64,000 bases of DNA. Source: Eubacteriales bacterium. GTDB taxonomy: Bacteria > Bacillota > Clostridia > Oscillospirales > CAG-382. Made by a program: the position numbers and the translations under genes. This document shows positions 16,379 through 25,707 of this stretch, one piece after another (positions within the stretch are counted from its first letter, which is position 1; every line of letters starts with the position of its first letter). The stretch lies in the NCBI GenBank assembly GCA_045533335.1, contig JAZSHQ010000021.1, forward strand, positions 2,648-66,647. Reading direction: 5' to 3'. The notes below the pieces were generated by a model, which saw only the letters and a program-made list of their open reading frames with translations, was not told where the DNA came from and did no database searches.

Positions 16379-16792
16379 TTATTTCCTATTTGAATCGAGG
16401 TAGGATTGCAAAATTATCTGCGCCGATAGGGCGTCGACGACATTTTTGCGCTTTTTGCCGTTAAAATCGGCGATATTCATATAGGTGTATGCCTCGACGG
16501 TAGATAACCGTTCGTCGACAAAAATCACCTCGAGCCCCGTTTCGGTGCCGATCATTTCGGCAAAGGCGCGCGATTTTTCGGCGCGGAAGGATTCGCTTCC
16601 GTCCATATTCTTCGGAAGCCCCAAAACTATCTTTGCGCCGTTAAGCTCTTTTATTTTCGCGGCGCATTTTTTGCAGGCATCGCGCATACCCGAAACGTTT
16701 ACCGTGCAAACCGTGCTTGCCAAAAATTCGGTTTCGTCGCTTACCGCGATACCGCAACGCGCGTCGCCGTAATCTATTCCTATAATTCTCAT
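16379..16792 (-). CDS. ruvX: Holliday-junction-resolvase-like YqgF/RuvX pre-16S rRNA nuclease
   Basis: MRIIGIDYGDARCGIAVSD N-terminus, ...GLPKNMDGSES..., ...VDERLST.... 137 aa, typical of YqgF. Confidence 0.85.
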   Translation of the reverse strand: MRIIGIDYGDARCGIAVSDETEFLASTVCTVNVSGMRDACKKCAAKIKELNGAKIVLGLPKNMDGSESFRAEKSRAFAEMIGTETGLEVIFVDERLSTVEAYTYMNIADFNGKKRKNVVDALSAQIILQSYLDSNRK

Positions 16793-16929
16793 AATCCCAT
16801 TCCTTTAAATCAGTTATTTTATTTTAAGATATTTTACAAAATTTGTCAACCGATATTACGTATTAAAAGCTTTGGCGCGGCAATAATAACATCGAACGAA
16901 AGAGATTCGTTCAGACAGGAGCATCAATT

Positions 16930-17154
16930 ATGGGAAAACGAAGAAAATACAGGTTTCCCAAAGGTATTAACGATGTAGATCGATATTATTATCCTCACCC
17001 TCTTGCGCCAAACTCAAATTATCCGACTAATCTCGTTACGGACCTATTCGGATTAAACAATATGGTACCCGAAATGAATACGGATGTTTTAGGCAGCTAT
17101 ACGGGAAGACCGTTCAATGATATTCGACCTATTCAGGATGCCGATGACCTGTAA
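16930..17154 (+). CDS. Small hypothetical protein
   Basis: 74-aa ORF with a GGAG-like RBS (caggagcatcaattATG). No motif recognised. Confidence 0.35.
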   Translation: MGKRRKYRFPKGINDVDRYYYPHPLAPNSNYPTNLVTDLFGLNNMVPEMNTDVLGSYTGRPFNDIRPIQDADDL

Positions 17155-17368
17155 TTAACGGAATCGCGAGATTCCAATAAGCGTTTCTGTATATAGGATT
17201 AAATAATTTTTTAACCTAAAACAGATTGCGACAGAATGTATAAAAGAACGACCGAAAGCGTTATATATTTAACGTTGCGGCAGTTTCCTTTAACCTCCTT
17301 CTGCCGCAAGGTCAAAAAGACATTCGCTTAACAAAAAAGTACCGTCGTATTAATTTACGACGGTATTT

Positions 17369-17728
17369 TTATTGGTTTATTTCGGGCATAAGCTTTAGTG
17401 CCTGCAGTGCAAGCCGCCTCATATTTTCCCAAAAAGGATGAGTTTTCATCGCTTCGTGCGTCCATATAGGATTGTCGGGAATATCGAAAGCCTTGTCGAA
17501 AATGTCGATGATTTCATAAAGCAGTGCTATGAGGTTTTCGGGGAAAAGATTGCTTTTCTTTAATATATCCACCGCTCCGAGCGCGTCTATCCATTCAAGC
17601 GCGGTTTCCTCGGGTAAATTCCAACGTACAAAGTCCTCCATATCTTCGTATTGAGTTTCGTAATCATTTTTTAAATTGTTTAACAAAAACTTAATCAACG
17701 AATATGAACCTTGTTCTTCGTATGTCAT
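17369..17728 (-). CDS. Hypothetical cytosolic protein
   Basis: 119-aa acidic ORF in an AT-rich patch, with its start 14 nt downstream of the stop of the next gene. No motif recognised. Confidence 0.45.
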   Translation of the reverse strand: MTYEEQGSYSLIKFLLNNLKNDYETQYEDMEDFVRWNLPEETALEWIDALGAVDILKKSNLFPENLIALLYEIIDIFDKAFDIPDNPIWTHEAMKTHPFWENMRRLALQALKLMPEINQ

Positions 17729-17742
17729 AATTTCACCTTCCG

Positions 17743-18186
17743 TTACGATAACAGAACTAATATGTTGAACATAATCATAGCGCCGATTACCGCACTCGTA
17801 ACTATTCGGCTGTATGTGTTGGATTTGCAGTCGGGGCTTGATAAATCGAGCTGTTGTTTATCAACTTTTGAATAACAATGAACGCAGGAAAACAGAATCA
17901 GCATTTTCAAAAGCAGATAGCCGATAACAAACGCAATCGCGGCAAATGCCAAAGCGAGAACTATTTTAACATAGGGTGTACCATCTATGAGCGAACGAAG
18001 AATGAACACAGAAAGACATATACTCAGTACGCCGCATAAAGCCGAAAGAGAATATAGCGTCGTTGTGTTCAGTGAGCCTATAAAGGTGCCATCGTATTTC
18101 GAAAAGATTTCTAATCTTGATTTCTGTGAATACATTTTGCAACCGTAAAAAAAGATACGCAAAAATTTGTTTTTGGGCGCTGTCAT
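17743..18186 (-). CDS. Hypothetical membrane protein
   Basis: Three or four hydrophobic spans (LSALCGVLSICLSVFIL, ALAFAAIAFVIGYLLLKMLILF, AVIGAMIMFNILVLL). No family recognised. Confidence 0.45.
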   Translation of the reverse strand: MTAPKNKFLRIFFYGCKMYSQKSRLEIFSKYDGTFIGSLNTTTLYSLSALCGVLSICLSVFILRSLIDGTPYVKIVLALAFAAIAFVIGYLLLKMLILFSCVHCYSKVDKQQLDLSSPDCKSNTYSRIVTSAVIGAMIMFNILVLLS

Positions 18187-18443
18187 ATTTTTCCCCTTTC
18201 CGAAGTGTCTTTGTCGATGCTTTGTGCTTATAGATTACAAAAATATGTTACCATATCGTTCCTTTCGTGTCAAGTGCGTCGACTCTGATAAAATAGTCGA
18301 AAATCCGAAAAAATGTTCGAAAATCGCACGCATTGTCCCGAATATGGGACAGACGGCGGGTTATAATACACTCGTAAGATAAAGAACGGAACGAAAAATA
18401 AGCGATTTCGGAAAGTTCAAAAAGCAGAACGGAGGATATTAAA

Positions 18444-18581
18444 ATGAAAGATTTCGTTACCTTGGCAAAGAAGACCGTAAGCGACCGCGACGGCTTTGTG
18501 AACGGATTTATTAAGGGCGTGATGGGATCGGCTTTGTTTATATCGATGCTAACGCTTTTTACCGCCTGCTTCGGCGGATGA
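18444..18581 (+). CDS. Unlisted 45-aa small membrane protein candidate
   Basis: ACGGAGGATATTAAA-ATG, a strong SD at about 8 nt. Translation by hand: MKDFVTLAKKTVSDRDGFVNGFIKGVMGSALFISMLTLFTACFGG*. It is below the ORF-track size cut-off and competes with the antisense 18248..18604 ORF. Confidence 0.4.
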   Translation: MKDFVTLAKKTVSDRDGFVNGFIKGVMGSALFISMLTLFTACFGG

Positions 18582-18708
18582 TTTTTAAAAATTTCCTGCT
18601 TCATAATATTTTCTTTTCCCGCAAAAAGCTCCGTTTTGGGGCTTTTTGTGTTGAATTTATATTAATTGTGTGGTATTATAAAGGCGTAAAAAAGCTTTAA
18701 GAAAGGCT

Positions 18709-20244
18709 ATGGATATGAATACTTTTAAAATATCTCACTACAACGGCGCACGCGACACGGATGAATTGGTTATATATAACGGCGGCGGTAAAACCGAAAC
18801 GAACGCATACGGTTACGAGGTTTGCGTGCTCGACGGACGCGTTGTTCGTTGCGGCAAGAACAATAACGATATTCCCGCAGGCGGCTACGTTGCATCGGGC
18901 CACGGTGCGGCGATGGAATTTTTGAGCAATAACGCAATAGTTGGCGCAAAGGCTGTTATCGATGAGGAAAACGGCACTTTCGGCATCGAAACCGACGAAA
19001 AGGCTTTGGAAATAAACGCCGAAGGCAAGATAGCGCTTATTCAAAGCCGCATTGACGAAAGAATTGCCGAAGGAAGCGATTTCGATAAAGAAAGCGCGCA
19101 AGCCCTTCTTGCCCAAGCGAAAAGCGCAAAGGAAAACGGCGAATTTGCACGCGTGGACGAGATTTGCGAGGAAGCGTATTACATAACGGCAAAATCGGTA
19201 AAGGGCGAGGTACGCGCGGTATGGCACCGCCCGCACGAAAAGAGCGACGAGGCGGTTTTGAAGACGGTTACGCGCCTAAAGGACGCGGGATTTAATTCTA
19301 TTCTTATCGAAACCAACTACGAAGGCTATGCAAACGCGCAGAAATGCGTGCACGATTTTCTTCCCATTCGCAAGGGGTACGAAAACGGATTCGACGTTAT
19401 CGATTCCTTTATTCGCATCTGCAAGCAGGAGGGTGTGAAGATACATTGTTGGTTTGAGGATTTCTTCTTCGGTGTAGAAGGTCACGGCTGTCCTATGGCA
19501 GAGGTACACCCCGAATATATGGCAAGACGCAAGGACGGAGGAATACTTCACGACGCGTTCGATAATTTCTATTTCCTCAACCCCGCGCTTCCCGAGGTCA
19601 GAACGCTTTTGCTTTCGTTGGTTAAGGAAATACTCGATAATTACGATTTCGACGGATTCCAGCTCGATTATATTCGCTATCCCGTTATTCACGGTGTCGA
19701 TTTTTCGGCGGGCTTTGATGAATACACGAAAAAGGAATTCCTTGCCGATACGGGCATAGATATCGATACCATTCCCGATACGAAATGCGATGATTGGAAA
19801 AAATTCCTCGATTGGCGCGCAGAAAAGGTAACCGAATATGTTCAAGCTGTGCGCGAGCTTATACTTGAATACCGCGCAAACGGCAGAAATATCGAGCTTT
19901 CGACGGCTGTTTTCGGCGACCCTGTCGAGGCAATAAACCTTAAATGCCAGAATTGGCAGTATTGGGTAAAGCAGGGCTGGCTGGACGCGATTTATCCGAT
20001 GGCGTACCTTAACGATGCCGAGGACGTTGGTAACGAGGTGCGTTATATGGTCGAAAAATACGGCGAAGCGCCCAACATTTCGGGTATTTCTCCGATGTAT
20101 AACAAGCTTCCGATTATCGAATCGACCAAGCAGGTCGAGGAATGCCGCAAGGCGGGCGCTATCGGCGTTGCGTTCTTCTGCGCGGGCAACTGCACCGATA
20201 TCCAGCTTGAAAAATTGAAGCTTGGTGTATTCAGAAATAAATAA
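18709..20244 (+). CDS. Glycoside-hydrolase-like family 10 (GHL10 / DUF187, YngK-type) protein
   Basis: VRAVWHRPHEKS...LKDAGFNSILIETNYEGYA...GFQLDYIRYP pattern, typical of proteins annotated as 'family 10 glycosylhydrolase'. The call is from memory of that family. Confidence 0.55.
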   Translation: MDMNTFKISHYNGARDTDELVIYNGGGKTETNAYGYEVCVLDGRVVRCGKNNNDIPAGGYVASGHGAAMEFLSNNAIVGAKAVIDEENGTFGIETDEKALEINAEGKIALIQSRIDERIAEGSDFDKESAQALLAQAKSAKENGEFARVDEICEEAYYITAKSVKGEVRAVWHRPHEKSDEAVLKTVTRLKDAGFNSILIETNYEGYANAQKCVHDFLPIRKGYENGFDVIDSFIRICKQEGVKIHCWFEDFFFGVEGHGCPMAEVHPEYMARRKDGGILHDAFDNFYFLNPALPEVRTLLLSLVKEILDNYDFDGFQLDYIRYPVIHGVDFSAGFDEYTKKEFLADTGIDIDTIPDTKCDDWKKFLDWRAEKVTEYVQAVRELILEYRANGRNIELSTAVFGDPVEAINLKCQNWQYWVKQGWLDAIYPMAYLNDAEDVGNEVRYMVEKYGEAPNISGISPMYNKLPIIESTKQVEECRKAGAIGVAFFCAGNCTDIQLEKLKLGVFRNK

Positions 20245-20259
20245 TATAACAAAAAACGC

Positions 20260-20288
20260 GAGAGAGGTTTTTACATCAAACCTCTCTC
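20260..20288. terminator. Bidirectional hairpin terminator
   Basis: GAGAGAGGTTT-TTACATC-AAACCTCTCTC between convergent genes, with an A-run before and TTTCGTTT after. Confidence 0.65.
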
Positions 20289-20300
20289 TTTCGTTTGGAA

Positions 20301-20735
20301 TTATATTTGGTTTTTTTCGTTTTCCTCTAACTTTTTATTTATCTTCTCTATATTTTTCTTTCTTCTGCGGTCGAGGATTATGAATAGGGGAACGCTGACT
20401 GCCAAATTTCCAGTTAGTCCGAGCACAAACGCAAATGCGATTTGTTCGGCGGTGTCGAAAACGCCGAAAGCAAAAAAAGACACCGTAATGCAGGTTATAT
20501 CAAACAGCGCGTTGATTATCCGCCTTGCCCACAGCTCAAAGGTATCCAAACCCTCGCGCAGTAACAATACCGTAACTGCGGCAACGGGAATAAACGATAC
20601 CGTTACCGAGGCAAGTGAAGTAACGAGCTCGTCATAACCTGTTAACGCATTTATTATGGTTATTAAAACTGAATAACCGCCCACGCCGCAGAAATACGAA
20701 ACGAGAAAGCCTATAAATCTGTTGTTGAACTTCAT
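20301..20735 (-). CDS. Small polytopic membrane protein (DUF3021-like partner of a LytTR regulator)
   Basis: Four hydrophobic spans. The start is 2 nt after the stop of the LytTR gene. This gene pairing is common in Firmicutes. Confidence 0.5.
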   Translation of the reverse strand: MKFNNRFIGFLVSYFCGVGGYSVLITIINALTGYDELVTSLASVTVSFIPVAAVTVLLLREGLDTFELWARRIINALFDITCITVSFFAFGVFDTAEQIAFAFVLGLTGNLAVSVPLFIILDRRRKKNIEKINKKLEENEKNQI

Positions 20736-20737
20736 CG

Positions 20738-21175
20738 CTATACCCCCAATTTTTCCTTGATGCAGTTAAGATACTGCCGCGAAACAATAACCTTTTCGCC
20801 GTTTAATAGCGTGGCACAAAGGCGGCTGTGTTTTTCGGTGTTGATAGAACGCACTTTTTTGAGGTTTACAAGCGCGGATTTCGATATGCGTGAAAACGGT
20901 GTGTTTATAAGCTTTTCTTCGATTTCGCTCAGCTTCATTTTCGTTTCGTAGGAAGCGCTTGCGGTATAGAAAAAGCATTTGCGGTCGACTGTTTCGAAAT
21001 ATAAAATATCCGAAAGCTTAATAAAATGTGTTTCGTTATTAAGATTACCTGCCATACGGTTGTCCGCAAGGCTTAAATAAGCCAAAACGTCCTCGAGCTC
21101 GCTGTCGAGAAAACCGTAGCTTACAACTATTTCGGGCTCTTTAATGTTTGGGTCGTGCTTGATGATAAGCTTCAT
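20738..21175 (-). CDS. LytTR-family DNA-binding protein
   Basis: FIKLSDILYFETVDRKCFFYTASASYETKMKLSEIEEKL..PFSRISKSALVNLKKVRSI matches the LytTR domain pattern. Confidence 0.75.
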   Translation of the reverse strand: MKLIIKHDPNIKEPEIVVSYGFLDSELEDVLAYLSLADNRMAGNLNNETHFIKLSDILYFETVDRKCFFYTASASYETKMKLSEIEEKLINTPFSRISKSALVNLKKVRSINTEKHSRLCATLLNGEKVIVSRQYLNCIKEKLGV

Positions 21176-21326
21176 ACCGTGCCCTCCTTTTGTATGTATG
21201 ATACATTATTTGTTTCGCGCTTTCAAGCGCTTTTGCTTGTCTTGCAGGTTTGGAGTATCGAAATGCAAAAAAGCCTCCGCTCAGGCGTTTCTTTAAATAG
21301 TATCGCGCCTAAGCGGAAGCCTTGAT

Positions 21327-22214
21327 TTAATGGTGATGATGGTGATGATGTCCCGAATGGGAACCGTGCTCGATACGGCAGGATTTTTCGCCGCAATTTT
21401 CGTCCTCGCTTTCCAATTCGAGCGTTGCGTGGACAATGCCGTGCTCGGAAAGCTCTTGTCTTACCTTTTGCTTGATTTCGGCGTGGCTGCCGTTTGCAAC
21501 GATATGCATTGTGGCATAGACGTTTTGCCCGTCGATACTGCGGATATGTATGTGGTGAACGTCGAGCACGCCTTCGATTTTTAAAAGATGCTCTTTTAAT
21601 TCGTTTATATCGACCGTGGCTTTTTCGAGAAAAATATCGATAATTTCTTTGAAATTCTTAATTGCGTTTACAAGGATGAACAGCGATACGCATATCGACA
21701 TAATCGGGTCGATAATCGCAATATCGGTAAAGCGCATAACTATCGCGCCGACAAGCACCACCGCCCAGCCGAGAACGTCCTCGAGCATATGCAGGTTGAC
21801 CGCTTTTTGGTTGAGCGAGCCTTCGCCGCGGGTGAAGAACGCCGCGCCGAAATTAACGCATACCCCCGCAACGGCGAAAATTATCATTCCGTTATAGTTT
21901 ATTTCGGCAGGGGTGATAATGCGGTTGATTGCGTTGTATATTACCGCAATCGAGCCGAGAAGCAGTATAAACGTTGTAATAACGCTTCCGATAACCGAAT
22001 AGCGGGCATAGCCGTAGGTGTATTTTTTGGCGGGCTGTTTTTTGCTTTTCTTTTCTAAAAAATAGGATATTCCGATACTTGCCGCATCGCCGATATCGTG
22101 CACCGCGTCCGAAACGATGGCGACGCTCCCTGTGAATATCCCGCCTATGAATTCGAATACCGAAAACGCTAAATTCAGCAAAAAGGCGATAAGAATGTTT
22201 CTTTCGGTCTTCAT
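21327..22214 (-). CDS. Cation diffusion facilitator (CzcD/ZitB-type) metal efflux transporter with C-terminal His tail
   Basis: AIVSDAVHDIGDA and HMLEDVLGWAVVLVG motifs, a C-terminal cytoplasmic domain, and an ending of HGSHSGHHHHHHH. Confidence 0.85.
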   Translation of the reverse strand: MKTERNILIAFLLNLAFSVFEFIGGIFTGSVAIVSDAVHDIGDAASIGISYFLEKKSKKQPAKKYTYGYARYSVIGSVITTFILLLGSIAVIYNAINRIITPAEINYNGMIIFAVAGVCVNFGAAFFTRGEGSLNQKAVNLHMLEDVLGWAVVLVGAIVMRFTDIAIIDPIMSICVSLFILVNAIKNFKEIIDIFLEKATVDINELKEHLLKIEGVLDVHHIHIRSIDGQNVYATMHIVANGSHAEIKQKVRQELSEHGIVHATLELESEDENCGEKSCRIEHGSHSGHHHHHHH

Positions 22215-22258
22215 AGCCCCCTCCGTTTTGCGATAGGTATTTTACAGTATATGCAGGA

Positions 22259-22792
22259 TTATTCCTGATATTCTGCAATATACGGCAGATTCCTGAATTG
22301 CTCGTTGCAATCGAGCCCATAGCCGACAGCGAAATAGTCGGGAATGGTGAACATCGAAATATCCGCCTTAAAATCGACAAGCCTGCGCGACGGTTTGTCG
22401 AGCAGGGTAATTACCTTTAACGAAAGCGGGTTGCGCGCTTTTAAATTTTCGACAACAAGGCTTAATGTTCTGCCCGTGTCGATAATATCCTCGACAAGAA
22501 TTACGTGGTAATTTTTTACGTCCTGCGCGAGGTCGAGGGTGATATTCACCTCGCCCGAGGAAACGGTACTGCTGTAATAGCTGCTTGCGCACATAAAGCC
22601 TATTTCGCAGGGAAGGGTTATTGCACGGCAAAGGTCCGCCAAAAAAATGAAGGCGCCCTTTAAAATGCTAACGAGTAATATCGGCTTGCCGTCGTAGGAC
22701 TCGCTTATTTCCTTGCCGACTCTTGCTATTTCTTTCTTTATTTCCTCTTCCGAAACCAGAATTCGTTTTATTTTGCCTTTTTTGTTTTCCAT
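22259..22792 (-). CDS. hpt: Hypoxanthine(-guanine) phosphoribosyltransferase
   Basis: PRPP-binding motif VILVEDIIDTGRTL. About 177 aa. The start abuts the pbuX stop. Confidence 0.9.
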   Translation of the reverse strand: MENKKGKIKRILVSEEEIKKEIARVGKEISESYDGKPILLVSILKGAFIFLADLCRAITLPCEIGFMCASSYYSSTVSSGEVNITLDLAQDVKNYHVILVEDIIDTGRTLSLVVENLKARNPLSLKVITLLDKPSRRLVDFKADISMFTIPDYFAVGYGLDCNEQFRNLPYIAEYQE

Positions 22793-24127
22793 TTATTCCG
22801 CAACCTCTTTTTTGTCTTTAGGCATTATAAGGTTAAGAATAATCGCTACAAGGAATACCACCGCTACACAGTTTTCGGCGAAGACGGTGTAAACGATATC
22901 GGGGAAAATGTTGAATATTGCGGGTACTTGGGTGAATCCGAGACCGATACCTAACGAAAGCGCGGTAATAGTGATATTGCGTTGTGTGAAACCACAGTTG
23001 CCAATCATCTGAAGACCTGATACGACTATGTTGCCGAACATCATAATGGTACATCCGCCGAGCACCGCTTCGGGCAGAGTTGCAAGCACAGCACCGAAGG
23101 CAGGGAAGATGCCTGCCAAAAGCATAATGCCGGCTCCGGTAGCGATGGTAAAGCGGTTGACAACCTTTGTCATTGCAAGCAAACCCACATTCTGCGAAAA
23201 CGAGGTTATAGGCATACAGCCGAAAACTGCGGAAAGTGAGCTTACAAAGCCGTCGCAGGCGAGCGAGCCCGAAATTTCGGCGTTGGTAACGTCTCTGCCG
23301 AGTGCAGAACTAGTCATAGCCGAGGTGTCGCCAATCGTTTCGGTTGCCGAAACGAGGAATATCATCGTAATGGATATTATTGCGTTAACATTGAACGTGG
23401 GAGCATAGGGCATTATCTTCGGGAGCGAAACGATTTTCACGCCCTTGAGTGCCGAAAAATCCACCACACCCATACAAAGCGCCACGATATATCCGACAAC
23501 AAGCCCGAACAGGACCGACAATTGCTTTATCGGACCTTTGGCAAAAATGTTGAAAAGAATACAGCAAACGAGAGTTATTCCGCCGAGCGTCCAATTTTGC
23601 CACGAGCCAAAATCTGCCGCGCTGTTTCCGCCTGCAAAGGAATTTGCACCGACAGAAAGGAGCGAAAAGCCGATAGCCGTTACGACACACGCCGCAACGA
23701 TTGGCGAAATTATTTTGCGCCAGTATTTTGCAAAAAAGCCGAGCAGACCTTCGATAATACCGCCGACTAAAATACCGCCGATAATCGCACCGTAGCCCCA
23801 ATTAAGGCCTACGTAACAGAAAACCGATACAAATGTGAAGCTTATACCCATAACTATCGGGAGTCGAGCGCCGATTTTCCATACCGCGAAAAGCTGTATC
23901 ATAGTACCGATGCCCGCCATTATCATCGCCGTTTGAATAAGCGACGCGGTATCCTGCGGCGAAAGTCCGCAGGTGCCCGCAACGATCATTATCGGTGCGA
24001 TATTTGCGACGAACATCGCCAATACGTGCTGAAGTCCGAAGGGAATTGATTTTAAAAACGGAACCTTGCCGTTCAGAGTATAGATATTGTTGATATCCGC
24101 TTTTGTGTTACTTTTTGTGACTTTCAT
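22793..24127 (-). CDS. pbuX: NCS2-family xanthine/uracil permease
   Basis: Start moved to the ATG at 24127 (MKVTKSNT...), giving a TAATG overlap with the xpt stop. NCS2 motifs (ATETIGD, SFSQNVGL). Classic xpt-pbuX pairing. Confidence 0.8.
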   Translation of the reverse strand: MKVTKSNTKADINNIYTLNGKVPFLKSIPFGLQHVLAMFVANIAPIMIVAGTCGLSPQDTASLIQTAMIMAGIGTMIQLFAVWKIGARLPIVMGISFTFVSVFCYVGLNWGYGAIIGGILVGGIIEGLLGFFAKYWRKIISPIVAACVVTAIGFSLLSVGANSFAGGNSAADFGSWQNWTLGGITLVCCILFNIFAKGPIKQLSVLFGLVVGYIVALCMGVVDFSALKGVKIVSLPKIMPYAPTFNVNAIISITMIFLVSATETIGDTSAMTSSALGRDVTNAEISGSLACDGFVSSLSAVFGCMPITSFSQNVGLLAMTKVVNRFTIATGAGIMLLAGIFPAFGAVLATLPEAVLGGCTIMMFGNIVVSGLQMIGNCGFTQRNITITALSLGIGLGFTQVPAIFNIFPDIVYTVFAENCVAVVFLVAIILNLIMPKDKKEVAE

Positions 24128-24717
24128 TATACCGCCGCCGTTTCTCTGAATTGAACAGTACCCTTTTCGCAATCCATTGAATCGACTATTGCCAGCGATT
24201 CCAAACGGTAACCGAGGTTGCGGAGCACCTTTCCGCCTATTTGGAAGCCTTTTTCGATAGCGATGCCCAAGCCGACCACCGTCGCGCCTGCGCTTTCTGT
24301 TATCGATATAAGTCCCTGCATAGCGCAACCGTTAGCGAGAAAATCATCGACAATAAGCACTCTGTCGTTTTCGTTCAAGAATTTTTTTGATACTATTACG
24401 TTGTTTATGTTTTTGTGGGTAAAGGATTCGACCTCGGCGATATACATTTCGCCGTCGATATTAATGCTTTTCGATTTTTTGGCAAAAACCACGGGCGCCT
24501 TGAAGTACCGTGCGACCGAGCAGGCTATTGCAATACCCGAAGCTTCGATAGTGAGCACCTTTGTTACGCCGCAATCCTTAAATCGATTGTAAAATTCTTC
24601 GCCGATACGGTCCATAAGCTCAATATCCATTTGGTGGTTTAAAAAGCTGTCGACCTTCAAAACGTTATCCGGCTTGATCACGCCGTCTTTTATAATTCTT
24701 TCCTCGAGAAAATTCAT
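24127..24717 (-). CDS. xpt: Xanthine phosphoribosyltransferase
   Basis: MNFLEERIIKDGVIKPDNVLKVDSFLNHQMD... and VLIVDDFLANGCA (PRPP motif), typical of Xpt. Confidence 0.9.
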   Translation of the reverse strand: MNFLEERIIKDGVIKPDNVLKVDSFLNHQMDIELMDRIGEEFYNRFKDCGVTKVLTIEASGIAIACSVARYFKAPVVFAKKSKSINIDGEMYIAEVESFTHKNINNVIVSKKFLNENDRVLIVDDFLANGCAMQGLISITESAGATVVGLGIAIEKGFQIGGKVLRNLGYRLESLAIVDSMDCEKGTVQFRETAAV

Positions 24718-24739
24718 ATCTAAATCCTCCGTTTGCGTT

Positions 24740-24768
24740 ATTATAGCATATAAAAATCGATTTGTCAG
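24740..24768 (-). promoter_or_regulatory. Candidate sigma-A promoter of xpt-pbuX-hpt
   Basis: Minus strand: CTGACA (24768-24763), 17 nt, TATAAT (24745-24740). GGAGG RBS follows. The leader is too short for a riboswitch. Confidence 0.5.
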
Positions 24769-24863
24769 CGTTTTTGCAAAATAATCTCGAAAAAGTATCG
24801 GCTTCGTCTATTGATTTTTGCGTCGTCGGGTGATATAATCGGCAAAAAGGGAGGCGCGGAATT

Positions 24864-25628
24864 ATGATACTTGCAATCGATGTCGGCAATACCAATATAT
24901 CCGTCGGCGGTTTTTGCGGCGAAAAGCCTTCGTTTGTTGCGCGGATATCCTCAGATGCGCACAAAACGAGCGACGAATATGCAAGCATTTTATTGAACAC
25001 CCTTTTGCTGTATAATGTAAAGTGCGAAGATATCAAGGGCGCAATAATCTCCTCGGTCGTTCCGCCGCTTACAAACGTTATAAAAAACGCCGTTCGTTTT
25101 ATTTGCGGAGCGGAGGCTTTGGTGGTCGGTCCGGGAATAAAAACGGGAATGAACATTCATTGCGACGACCCTTCTTCTGTCGGAGCAGACCTTATATGCG
25201 CCTGCGTTGCGGCGAATAAGATATACGGAAGCCCCGCTTTGATAATCGATATGGGCACGGCAACAAAAATGACGGTTACCGACAAAAACGGTGCGTTTAT
25301 CGGTGTTTCTATAATTCCCGGTGTTAATATGGGATTAAAGGCACTTTCGGAAGGAACGGCACAGCTTCCGCAGGTGAGCCTTGAAGAGCCGCGCTCGGTT
25401 TTGGGCAAAAATACGGTTGAATGTATGCGCTCGGGCATTCTTTTCGGTAACGCAAGTATGCTCGACGGCATGGTAGAACGCTTTAACGCGTGCGTCGGAT
25501 ACGATTTGCCGGTTTATGCCACGGGCGGCTTGGCAAGCACCGTGATAAAGCATTGTAAACATAAAATCACGCTCGATGAAGAGCTTGTATTGAAGGGTTT
25601 GTATATCCTTTATAATAAAAACAATTAA
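24864..25628 (+). CDS. coaX: Type III pantothenate kinase
   Basis: MILAIDVGNTNI N-terminus, ...IIDMGTATK..., ...ATGG.... About 254 aa. Confidence 0.9.
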   Translation: MILAIDVGNTNISVGGFCGEKPSFVARISSDAHKTSDEYASILLNTLLLYNVKCEDIKGAIISSVVPPLTNVIKNAVRFICGAEALVVGPGIKTGMNIHCDDPSSVGADLICACVAANKIYGSPALIIDMGTATKMTVTDKNGAFIGVSIIPGVNMGLKALSEGTAQLPQVSLEEPRSVLGKNTVECMRSGILFGNASMLDGMVERFNACVGYDLPVYATGGLASTVIKHCKHKITLDEELVLKGLYILYNKNN

Positions 25629-25707
25629 ATATGCTCCCGAAAGGGTCATATAAATTCAATGCGTTGCATCGCCGTGGAGGCGAGCGACAGCAAGGAGGAA
25701 ATTTTTT

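Noticed and set aside
18248-18604. A 118-aa minus-strand ORF.
   Set aside because: It has no RBS and no motif. It is antisense to a short plus-strand ORF (18444-18581) that has a strong Shine-Dalgarno sequence and a downstream hairpin.
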